Shown: piece after piece, positions 31,036-40,205 of the stretch | Layout of the letters: each line of letters starts with the position of its first letter | How positions within the stretch are numbered: position 1 is the first letter of the stretch | Origin: a virus | Taxonomy: Duplodnaviria; Caudoviricetes | DNA: 64,000 bases | Strand: one strand, 5' to 3' | Virus record (IMG/VR): IMGVR_UViG_3300037067_003427 | Coordinates: 5,505-69,504 of that record | Made by a program: the position numbers and the translations under genes | The notes under the pieces: model-generated | What the model saw: only the letters and a program-made list of their open reading frames with translations | Databases searched by the model: none | What the model was told of the DNA's origin: nothing

Positions 31036-32403
31036 ATGAAAATCCTTTTTGTATTGCCAAGAGATTCAAATGATTACGGTCATAAGCCTGTAGGTATTTC
31101 CATGCTTTCCGGTATTGCCAAAAGGTTAGGGCATCAAACAGAGTTCCTTGATCTGGGGTTCGTCAATCATGAGTATTCCATGCCAGGTTATGAAGAACAA
31201 TATACCAGAATAGGAATGTTCAAACCTGTGGATTACGGAAAGGTTGAGCAAGAACAAAAATCCACCGTGGAACAGGCCACAAATAAATATCTTTGCACGT
31301 TCCATCCTGACATCGTTGCGATCAGCCTTTTCTTTCCACTCGAAAAGATTGCCAGAGAAATCATTCGAGCAACAAAGGAATATGATAAGAACATCACAAT
31401 AGTTATTGGAGGTCCACAAGCCACCACTGCACCAGAAAAAGCCTTAGCTTTAGGAACTGATTATGTAAATATTGGAGAGGGGTTGGTTTCGTGGGAACTA
31501 TTTCTTCGTGCTCGTCAGGCAAACAAACCTTCAGACACTATCGGAAATTTCCAGACATCTGGAAAACTACTCCCCCTGCTTACGGATTTGGACACCCTAC
31601 CCTATCTTGATTATGATATTTACGAAGATCGCCACTTTTTAAAAGCCTTTGACGGAAAAGTCTACAGGGGTGGAGATGCAATGATTACAATCGGTTGCAT
31701 CGGGAAATGTTCATACTGCATCAACCATTATTACCGGAAAATATACAGAGATTACAACATCAGAAGGTACTCAATTAACCGTATTGTCAATGAGCTTTCT
31801 TTTCTGGCACAGCGATATCACTTGGAGTTCTTTAAGTTCTGCGATGAGAATTTTCTTCTTATGCCCGTTCCTGCCCTTCAGAGATTCGTTGAAGCGTACA
31901 AGAGCAGAGTATGCCTTCCTTTTACGACTGCCGTTCATCCCAAAACGGTTACCGAAGAGAAGATCTCCCTTTTAAGACAAGCAGGGTGTGTAAGTTTGTC
32001 CATAGGTATTGAAAATGGCGATGAAGAGTACCGTGGAAATGTATTGAAACGGTCAGATTCGATTAAAGATGTTCTCAACGCCTTTAGACTCGCAAGGAAG
32101 CATCACATAAGAACTATGGCCTTTAATATGGGTGCAACACCGTTTTATACCAGAAAGATGTATGAGGACACCATCGAACTCAATAAGAGGGCAGAACCGG
32201 ATGTATCTACCTTTTCTCTTTACATGCCACTCCCAGGAACTGAATTGGCAAAAGTAGCTATGGATAATGGATTTCTCGATCCGGACTGGGAAAACAAACT
32301 GGAATTTAATTACCTTGAGAAACCGATTCTGAAGTTTAAGAATCTGACAAGTGATGAAATCGTAACCATGAGAAATGAATTTCAAGGAAGGATAAAGACA
32401 TGA
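31036..32403 (+). CDS. Cobalamin-binding-domain radical SAM protein (class B methyltransferase-like)
   Basis: N-terminal B12-binding domain (PDIVAIS, VIGGPQAT, GEG); CIGKCSYC; FCDENF; GIENG. Confidence 0.85.
   Translation: MKILFVLPRDSNDYGHKPVGISMLSGIAKRLGHQTEFLDLGFVNHEYSMPGYEEQYTRIGMFKPVDYGKVEQEQKSTVEQATNKYLCTFHPDIVAISLFFPLEKIAREIIRATKEYDKNITIVIGGPQATTAPEKALALGTDYVNIGEGLVSWELFLRARQANKPSDTIGNFQTSGKLLPLLTDLDTLPYLDYDIYEDRHFLKAFDGKVYRGGDAMITIGCIGKCSYCINHYYRKIYRDYNIRRYSINRIVNELSFLAQRYHLEFFKFCDENFLLMPVPALQRFVEAYKSRVCLPFTTAVHPKTVTEEKISLLRQAGCVSLSIGIENGDEEYRGNVLKRSDSIKDVLNAFRLARKHHIRTMAFNMGATPFYTRKMYEDTIELNKRAEPDVSTFSLYMPLPGTELAKVAMDNGFLDPDWENKLEFNYLEKPILKFKNLTSDEIVTMRNEFQGRIKT
31549..31564. repeat. 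Dispersed 16-bp quasi-palindrome, copy 7
   Basis: TTCCAGACATCTGGAA inside the CDS (FQTSG). Confidence 0.95.
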
Positions 32404-32590
32404 AAATTGCTATGCCAGAAATTTCGGAAATAAAACGACTTTTTCGTGAATACGACAAAGCAGAAAATCCACGAGACAGAGGATTTAAAATGGGAGAAAT
32501 AAGTAATTTCTTTCGCAATTACTACATGGAAAAGATTGAAATCATATTGGCTATTGCAGGAGAAATGCAGAAACATTTCAAGGAGGAAAA

Positions 32591-33097
32591 ATGACAGAAC
32601 CTTATTTGATTAATGCGGAACCATTTATAGATCATAGAGGGGTGTTTGAAAAGATTTATAAACAGAAAGTCTTAGAATCACCTGTTGTAGAGATAAATAT
32701 ATCTTCAACAACACATCATGGTACTGTGCGTGGACTTCATTATCAAATCGGGAATGAATGGAAAATTGTCAAGATTTTAAAGGGAGTGATATTCGATGTT
32801 CTTCTTGATATCCGTAAAGGAAGTCCGACCTTTTTGAAATTTGTATCGGTTATAATGATACGCAATCATCAAACATGGTGTATCCCGCCCGGATTTGCTC
32901 ATGGATATCAGACAATAACCGATGATTGCGAGGTTCTTTACCTTCATACCGAACCATACAGTGAAAAGGATAGCAGGACTATACGATACGATGATCCAAA
33001 AATAGGAATACCATGGCCATTATCTGTAGGTGAAATATCAGAAAAGGATAAGAACGTTCTATTCCTAACTAATAAATTTAAGGGGGTAAAAACGTGA
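32591..33097 (+). CDS. rfbC: dTDP-4-dehydrorhamnose 3,5-epimerase family protein
   Basis: FIDHRGVF; GTVRGLHYQ; DVLLDIRKGSPTF; IPPGFAHGYQT; YDDPKIGIPWP. Confidence 0.9.
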   Translation: MTEPYLINAEPFIDHRGVFEKIYKQKVLESPVVEINISSTTHHGTVRGLHYQIGNEWKIVKILKGVIFDVLLDIRKGSPTFLKFVSVIMIRNHQTWCIPPGFAHGYQTITDDCEVLYLHTEPYSEKDSRTIRYDDPKIGIPWPLSVGEISEKDKNVLFLTNKFKGVKT

Positions 33098-33406
33098 ACT
33101 ACTTCTATCTTTATTCTAACTACACGCAAGCGCATGATGCATTCCAAAAATGGATAAAAGATCATATAATAGACACTGCATCAGATATTATATCCTTTTC
33201 CGGCATGATTATTTTTCAAAAAGAAGATAGACATCAATTTATTTCTGTTTCTTTACATATAGGGTTTGAAAATATCATGGGAATGATGGGAATATGCGAT
33301 GCTTCGGTCCTCTTGAAAGATATTGATGAAATAAAGACGAGAATTGAACATGAAGTAATGTTTATGGAAGAAAGAACAAAATCACGCAAAATGGAGGGAA
33401 ACACTA

Positions 33407-34612
33407 ATGAAATGTAGAAACTGTGAAAATGAATTAACAAATGTCTTTCTTGATCTGGGATACTCACCGGCAGCTAATACGTTTCCGACTGACCTTACAA
33501 AACCGGAGATATGGTATCCTCTAAAAGTATGGATATGTGAAAAATGCTGGCTGGTTCAGATGGATGAACATATACCCGCAACAGAGATCTTCAATGAAGA
33601 TTATCCCTATTACAGCAGCCACAGTGAGAATAATGTGGTGAGAGCTAAAGCATACGTGGAGATGATGTGTGAAAGATTTAACATTGGAAAGTGGAGTAAT
33701 GTTTTGGAAATTGGCAGCAATGATGGATACCTTCTGCAATGGTTTAATGAAAAAGGTGCCATTACTTTAGGAATCGATCCTGCGCGTAACGCTGCAAAGG
33801 AAGCAAGGAAACGAGGGGTGAGAACAGATGTAGACTTTTTCTCATCCTATAAGGCCGACGATATTTTTAAATGCGATCTTATTTGTGGCTCCAATGTTCT
33901 CGCCCATCAACCAAATATAAGTGACTTCATAGAAGGATTAAAGATAGCCTTGAAACCAGAAGGTATCATAACTATGGAATTCCCGACTCTCTTGAATATG
34001 CTTACTGGGGCTTGTCAGTTTGATTCAATCTATCAGGAACATTTTAACTACCTTTCATTCTTTGTGGTGTGTGAAATGTTCAAAAAGCATGGCCTTGAAG
34101 TATTTGATGTTCTTCATACCCCAGAACAAGGTGGAAGCATTATGATTATCGCACAGCATGAAGGAGGTAAACATGAAACAACGGAAAGTGTTTCTGTTGA
34201 ACTTTACCATGAGCTAGTAGGAATGCAGATGAATACCCTCGGAGCCTATCAGGGTATGCAGAAAAGAGTGGAGAAAACAAAACTGGATTTATTGGATTTC
34301 CTTATCTTTCACAGGCTAGAAAAAGTTGCTGCATATGGTGGTAGTTGCAAATGCAATACGCTTTTCAATTACATCGGAATAAAGCCTGATTTGGTCAAGT
34401 TTGTTGTTGACCGTTCACCGCTAAAACAAGGGCATTATCTTCCCGGATCGCATATTCCTATAGTAGATGAAGAATATCTCAAAAGAGAAAGACCAGATTA
34501 TGTAATCATAACAGCATGGAATCTGAAAGATGAAATCATGAAACAGTTGCAATATACGAGAGAGTGGGGGTGTAAGTTTATTCTCACAACGCCAAAATTG
34601 GAGGTGATATGA
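33407..34612 (+). CDS. NDP-hexose C-methyltransferase family (Zn-binding domain + class I MTase + C-terminal domain)
   Basis: CRNC...DLGYSPAAN...YPLKV..CEKCWLVQ; EIGSNDGYLL; NVLAHQP; FDSIYQEH; YLPGSHIPI; AWN. Confidence 0.88.
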   Translation: MKCRNCENELTNVFLDLGYSPAANTFPTDLTKPEIWYPLKVWICEKCWLVQMDEHIPATEIFNEDYPYYSSHSENNVVRAKAYVEMMCERFNIGKWSNVLEIGSNDGYLLQWFNEKGAITLGIDPARNAAKEARKRGVRTDVDFFSSYKADDIFKCDLICGSNVLAHQPNISDFIEGLKIALKPEGIITMEFPTLLNMLTGACQFDSIYQEHFNYLSFFVVCEMFKKHGLEVFDVLHTPEQGGSIMIIAQHEGGKHETTESVSVELYHELVGMQMNTLGAYQGMQKRVEKTKLDLLDFLIFHRLEKVAAYGGSCKCNTLFNYIGIKPDLVKFVVDRSPLKQGHYLPGSHIPIVDEEYLKRERPDYVIITAWNLKDEIMKQLQYTREWGCKFILTTPKLEVI

Positions 34613-35754
34613 ATCCGATTCTTTACACAAAGCCTTCCATAACAAGCCTTGAGATATCCCTTGCCATGGACGCTGTAAAATTCGGTTGGGGTGATAAGTG
34701 TAACGATTATGTAACCCTATTTGAAAAAAACTTTGCCAAATATATAGGAACCCGCTATGCCGTTGCCACTTCTTCATGCACCGGTGCTCTCACTCTGGGA
34801 CTTGCAGCTTTGGGAATAGGCCGTGGAGATGAAGTTATTATGGCAGATAGTAATTGGATTGCTACGGCAGCACCTGTAGTTCATCTGGGAGCACAACCAG
34901 TATTTGTGGATATACTTCCCGATACATGGTGTATTGATCAAAACAAGATTGGAGAGGTGATCACCAAAAGAACAAAAGCAATCTTGGCCACGCACTTGTA
35001 CGGGAATACGTGTGACATGGCAAGTATATTGATTGGTTGCGTGAAGTATCTTATCATTAATTCGGAAATTAGTATTATAGAAGATGCTGCGGAGGCATTG
35101 GGGTCAGTTTACTGTGAAAAGAAAGCCGGAAGTATAGGAAACTTTGGAGTTTTTTCGTTCCACGGCACAAAGACCATGACTACTGGAGAAGGTGGGATGA
35201 TAGTCACAAATGATAAAGACCTGTATGAAAAGGTTCTCGCTCTTTCAAATCACGGCAGAGTAAAAGGACAGGAAAAACAGTTCTGGCCTGAAATGATCGG
35301 GTATAAATTTAAAATGTCCAATGTTCAAGCTGCTATTGGTTGCGCTCAACTTTCACGAATAGATGAATTGGTAAACCGGAAACGTCAGATTATGAATCGA
35401 TACAAAGAAGCATTTTCCAGACATCTGGAAATTTCAATGAACCCTGAACCGGAAGGAACTATTAATGGCTCGTGGATGCCAGTGATTCTATTCTCTAAGG
35501 AGTCTGGGATTACAAGGGAACTGCTCATGGAAAGGTTTCAGAAAGCAAATATCAGCGCAAGGGTATTCTTCTATCCCCTATCCAGTCTTCCAATGTTTAA
35601 CAATAATCCTCTCCATAGTCTTAGGATGAACAATATGGTAAACAACCCTGTAGCATATGATATTCCTACACGTTCCATTAATTTGCCGTCCTATCACGAC
35701 ATGACGGATGAAGATCAGCAACGGGTAATAGATGTTGTATTGGGGGTGTTATAA
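34609..35754 (+). CDS. DegT/DnrJ/EryC1/StrS PLP aminotransferase (perosamine synthase-like)
   Basis: SCTGAL; THLYGN; IEDAAEALGS; SFHGTKTMTTGEGG (PLP lysine); INLPS. Confidence 0.9.
   Translation: MNPILYTKPSITSLEISLAMDAVKFGWGDKCNDYVTLFEKNFAKYIGTRYAVATSSCTGALTLGLAALGIGRGDEVIMADSNWIATAAPVVHLGAQPVFVDILPDTWCIDQNKIGEVITKRTKAILATHLYGNTCDMASILIGCVKYLIINSEISIIEDAAEALGSVYCEKKAGSIGNFGVFSFHGTKTMTTGEGGMIVTNDKDLYEKVLALSNHGRVKGQEKQFWPEMIGYKFKMSNVQAAIGCAQLSRIDELVNRKRQIMNRYKEAFSRHLEISMNPEPEGTINGSWMPVILFSKESGITRELLMERFQKANISARVFFYPLSSLPMFNNNPLHSLRMNNMVNNPVAYDIPTRSINLPSYHDMTDEDQQRVIDVVLGVL
35415..35430. repeat. Dispersed 16-bp quasi-palindrome, copy 8
   Basis: TTCCAGACATCTGGAA inside the CDS (FSRHLE). Confidence 0.95.
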
Positions 35755-36176
35755 TGTGGTTTAAATGGTTTAAAAAGAGTATAGAAATTCCAAAAATAAA
35801 TAAAAAAGAAGTACCCAATGACCGTAAGATTGTAAAAATGGCATTACAAAAGAATCTGGAGGTCATGAGAGATTTGAACATTAATATTTCATCATTATCT
35901 GAAAGATTATCTAGTATTAGACAAGATATCCATATGCTAGACCAAAGGTTCGACCTTTTAACAGACATGCTTGGTATCGAAATTGCAGCCGATTGTCTTA
36001 AAAATCCTCCCAGAGCATTTGTGAAAAGTATGTCAGATAAAAGCCTTTTTGCAAATTCTAAAAAATATATTGATGCAACAATAACAGCAGAAAGGTTTCT
36101 AGTTTTAAGTTATAAATTAATGAAACAGCAAACAGAATTAATGAAGGACATAAACTGGAGATGATATTGGAGGAAA

Positions 36177-36758
36177 ATGAAAATACCAATCCTTAAAGGT
36201 GAAGAACAGATAGGTTGGTTAAAACAGATTGATCGTGTAACTCCACAGATTGTAGAGAAGATGACAAAATGGCGGGAGAAGGGTCAGACTTATTTTCTTA
36301 CGCAATTCTATCCTACCATCGAAAAGACTACAGAATGGTTACAGTTGGTACTTTCAGACAAAACAAGGATGATGTTCATTATTTCCGCAAACGGAAGAAG
36401 GATGGGTCAGATAGGCGTAAGAGATATTCAGAAGTACACGGCAGAGATCGACAATGTTATTCGTGGAGAAAAAGGTTGCCCTTCGCTCATGTATTACGCT
36501 GAACTTGCCCTTTTGGAATACCTGTTCTCTACAGGAATTAATACTGTATATCTTCATGTATTTTCAACAAACCTCAAAGCTATAAGGCATTACCAGAGAG
36601 TAGGTTACAGGGAAATCAGAAGAAACAAACTCCGAAAGATTCAGGACATTAAGTTTATCTTTTATCATACTGGAAAGTCCGGAGGAAGAAAAACGGATAT
36701 AGAGTATATCAAAATGAAACTGTCAAAGAAATCATTTGAGGAGGGAAGACATGAGTAA
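36177..36758 (+). CDS. GNAT N-acetyltransferase (PseH-like)
   Basis: EIDNVIRG; YLHVFSTNLKAIRHYQRVGY; follows the aminotransferase. Confidence 0.75.
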   Translation: MKIPILKGEEQIGWLKQIDRVTPQIVEKMTKWREKGQTYFLTQFYPTIEKTTEWLQLVLSDKTRMMFIISANGRRMGQIGVRDIQKYTAEIDNVIRGEKGCPSLMYYAELALLEYLFSTGINTVYLHVFSTNLKAIRHYQRVGYREIRRNKLRKIQDIKFIFYHTGKSGGRKTDIEYIKMKLSKKSFEEGRHE

Positions 36759-37470
36759 ACCTAATCCACTTGACCCCAAAGTTGCCACAACGAAAGCTAC
36801 AGAGATAAGCGCTGATGAACTTACTGCCCGTATGGAGAAACAGGAACTGATTCATGATGAACCACTCCGTAAAGCCGTAAAGGTCTTGGAGGGTGCCATT
36901 GAAAAGGTTGTCAAGAGCCTCGGTGTAAATGTTGAACATGATATCCCTTCACAACTCAAGTTTCTCAACATCCATATCAAAGAAGTTGAAAACTACCCTG
37001 GCATATTCATCATGATTGATAAGGGCATTGAAATAGAACCCTATGCGTGGGTCAGTGATGCCATTATGATGAGTGATGGAACTTATAAATATGAGATTCA
37101 ATGGTTCCGTGAGAACAGATTGGAAACGATTGGAGGGGTAAAGGTAGTATGAAAAATATGTTCATGTATGAAACAGGCATTGTAAAAGTGGGCATCAGAA
37201 AATGGTACAATCCGCTTCGATGGTTTAAAGGAAAGATATACAAAAAGCACGTTTCTTTACGGAGGGTATTTAAGTGAAAAAATCTGAACTTTCCAATCTT
37301 ATTGATGATTATGTTAAAAAGAAGGAAGGTAAGATTCTAGTCCTTCCAGAAGACCCTAGAATACATTTGGGTGAATTAAACACAACAATCCGCCCAAATA
37401 AAAAAAGACAAAATACTAAAAATTATGATTATTCTACCTCGGATTATCCTACGAAAATGGAGTATTAATA

Positions 37471-38727
37471 ATGAAAGTTCTGTTTGTTGTGAAGTCTAAA
37501 TCTATTGAAACGCTTGGGGTTATGTACCTTGCCGCTGTGGTAAAACAATGTGGTCATGATGCAAGGATATGGGACATTGATTATGCCAATAAAATAAAAA
37601 ATGAATATCGAGAATACGATCCAGACATCGTAGGATTCAGCATTATGACTGGCGATAGACATAAGTTCCAAGGTCTACGACTTTGGTTGTTGTCTCATTA
37701 TAAATCAACAACAAAAACTCCTACATTTATAGTTGGCGGTCATGATCCATCCCTATTTCCTCAAGGGTACGAATGGGCAGATATGATCATTTCCGGTGAG
37801 GCTGAACAGACACTTGCGGAGCTTCTTGGTTCCCATATCAAATATCCAAACCTTGACAATATCCCATGGCCTGACCGATCAGACTTTCCGAACATGAAGA
37901 TACGTGATTTTATCGCTTCAAGAGGTTGTTCGTGGGGAGTTTGTGGATATTGCTACAACTCTGCTTGGAATAGACTTTTCCCTGAACTCAAAAAGGTAAG
38001 ACACAGAAGCGTAAATGATGTTGTAAAAGAAATCGTCAGCGTCAATCCCCAGTTCGCTTATTTTCAAGACTCTACCTTTGCTCCGAATATAAAATGGATG
38101 AGAGAATTCAGCAGACAGTATCGTTCAGTAAGAATCCCATACCATGTTCATCTAAGACCCAATATGGTAAATGAAGAACGAGTCCTTCTGTTACATGACA
38201 GTAATTGTGTTTCCTGCAAGATTGCCCTTGAAACAGGAAGTGACAGTTTACGAAAACTGATTAACCGTGGGAACACAAATAATGAAGATGCTATTAATGC
38301 TTCCAAACTGTTTCGTAAATGGGATATCGCTCTCATTATGCAGAACATTTTGGCGTTACCGTCGTCAACCATCGAAGATGATCTTGAAACGCTTGAAATA
38401 AATATCCGATGTAAACCTGCCTATGCATGGTCAAGCATCTTCCAGCCATATCCTGCAACGGACTTGGCTATATATTGTGAAAAGAACGGACTGTATTCTG
38501 GGGATTATTCTGAAATAGGTGATAACTTCTTTGATAAGAGTGTACTTAATATTTCCGAAGAACATAAGGAACAGGTGGTGGCATTACAAAGAATCTTTGC
38601 TTTTTGCACCGAACATCAGGTAATGCCAAAGGTTGAAGATCTCACATTGGCCAATATTCCAAACTTCATCAACAAAACTATGAGGGGTATTGGCGATAAA
38701 AGAATGTTCCCGGGGGTGCAATTATGA
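37471..38727 (+). CDS. Second cobalamin-binding-domain radical SAM protein
   Basis: LGVMYLAA; PDIVGFS; VGGHDP; ASRGCSWGVCGYC; FQDSTF; ALETGS. Confidence 0.85.
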   Translation: MKVLFVVKSKSIETLGVMYLAAVVKQCGHDARIWDIDYANKIKNEYREYDPDIVGFSIMTGDRHKFQGLRLWLLSHYKSTTKTPTFIVGGHDPSLFPQGYEWADMIISGEAEQTLAELLGSHIKYPNLDNIPWPDRSDFPNMKIRDFIASRGCSWGVCGYCYNSAWNRLFPELKKVRHRSVNDVVKEIVSVNPQFAYFQDSTFAPNIKWMREFSRQYRSVRIPYHVHLRPNMVNEERVLLLHDSNCVSCKIALETGSDSLRKLINRGNTNNEDAINASKLFRKWDIALIMQNILALPSSTIEDDLETLEINIRCKPAYAWSSIFQPYPATDLAIYCEKNGLYSGDYSEIGDNFFDKSVLNISEEHKEQVVALQRIFAFCTEHQVMPKVEDLTLANIPNFINKTMRGIGDKRMFPGVQL

Positions 38728-39096
38728 ATAAATATACCCTTGGATGGTGGAGTAAAAAGCTCCATTCTATAGATATTTACCCTACCCGTAAATGGTGGCA
38801 TAACCTACTAAATGTGAATCCAAAGCCAATAGGAACGGAAAGTATTAAATCTTGGGACTGGACTGAAATTGATATATGTTTTAGTTCAAATGATGAATGT
38901 CAAAAATTTATTGATGAATTAAGTACCATCAATAAAGGTGGGATAGGTTCACCAATAAGACAAATCATGGCTGGTGGATATGACAAAGGTATCTATGATA
39001 TGCAATTAGTTAGCTGTGGTCGAGTCAAAGACGGTTAATTTTCAACGATAGTTCTCGCATGGAATTGGACATGGGCAGTTTAATGGAAAGGATAAA

Positions 39097-39612
39097 ATGA
39101 TGAAAGAATTAAAGGTTAGAACTTGGGATAAAGAAAATGAGATTATGGTTTATTCGGACAATGAAACAGAAAATAACGAAAATGGATATATTTTTCACTT
39201 TGATGGTGGTGAAATAGTATGTGCTGAAATTGGTGAAGAATTAGTAGATGGAATGCCTGAACCCTACTACCGTACATTAGATAATCTTATGGAGTTCACT
39301 GGACTTAAAGACTACAACGGAAACGAAATTTATGAAGGAGATATCGTTTCTGTTCCTTACGTCAATCCGATGGGTCAACTCGATGAAACCATAGAGGAGA
39401 GAAAGGAGGAAATTATTTTCAAGGATGGCGGCTTTAAGCTAGCAGGTTGCGGATCATATCAAGATATTTCAGACTGGCAAGAGCGAGGGCAAACGAGATA
39501 CATCCCAAATTGTGGGAATGTAACAGAGTTATTACCCCACACAAAACTAAAGATCATCGGTAATATCTATATGCTTCCCCCTGCAACCTCCAAAACTGAA
39601 GGAAGGGAATAA
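39097..39612 (+). CDS. YopX-family protein
   Basis: ELKVRTWD; LMEFTGLKDYNGNEIYEGDI; KIIGNIY. Confidence 0.85.
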   Translation: MMKELKVRTWDKENEIMVYSDNETENNENGYIFHFDGGEIVCAEIGEELVDGMPEPYYRTLDNLMEFTGLKDYNGNEIYEGDIVSVPYVNPMGQLDETIEERKEEIIFKDGGFKLAGCGSYQDISDWQERGQTRYIPNCGNVTELLPHTKLKIIGNIYMLPPATSKTEGRE

Positions 39613-39616
39613 TAAT

Positions 39617-40087
39617 ATGAATCCAATGCTGAGGGGTAATATTCAACAGGAAAAGCGCAAGAACCGTGTGAATAAAACGGATACTAAAATCATGTCAAAA
39701 CAAGAGACGGAAATTCAAACATTAAAATTTAAACTCCATATAGCGTTTAAAAAGTTGAAGGAAATCAAAGAATGGTTTGAACGTCATGGAAACAATATAG
39801 AAATATACAATGGCAGCGTAATGCTTGGTTTAAATGATTACTCAAAAGTTACGATGGATGAATATAATGGCACCCAACAAAAAACAACCACAGCCATAGA
39901 TCATGAACTTATTGAAAAAGTAAAAGGTGTTGCCCATAGTGATATTGATAAATCAATACAATCACTACAAACAGCGTTTAAAAAAAGAAAAGTGGCGGCA
40001 GAATTCGTACTTTCGGAAAACAATAAAGACGCTGTTGCCCTTTTTAGTTACTTTAATGACACTATTAGAAAAGTACTATATCTGTAG
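39617..40087 (+). CDS. Hypothetical protein (last gene of the rightward operon)
   Basis: 156 aa ORF converging on the virion operon. Confidence 0.55.
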   Translation: MNPMLRGNIQQEKRKNRVNKTDTKIMSKQETEIQTLKFKLHIAFKKLKEIKEWFERHGNNIEIYNGSVMLGLNDYSKVTMDEYNGTQQKTTTAIDHELIEKVKGVAHSDIDKSIQSLQTAFKKRKVAAEFVLSENNKDAVALFSYFNDTIRKVLYL

Positions 40088-40205
40088 GACTGCACTCACT
40101 TTAATGTCAAGGGGAAAGGCGGTAAGGATACAAAATGGATCAGATAATATATGATAGTGCCTTAGATTTCTGTATCTCGACAAAAAGTTATCCGATGAAC
40201 ACCGA

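Noticed and set aside
25777-38727. DNA hypermodification (glycosylated base) pathway
   Set aside because: No recognisable base-activating enzyme (dCMP/dUMP hydroxymethylase, TET/JBP, queuosine-pathway genes) or phage DNA polymerase is in the window. Not excluded, but unsupported.
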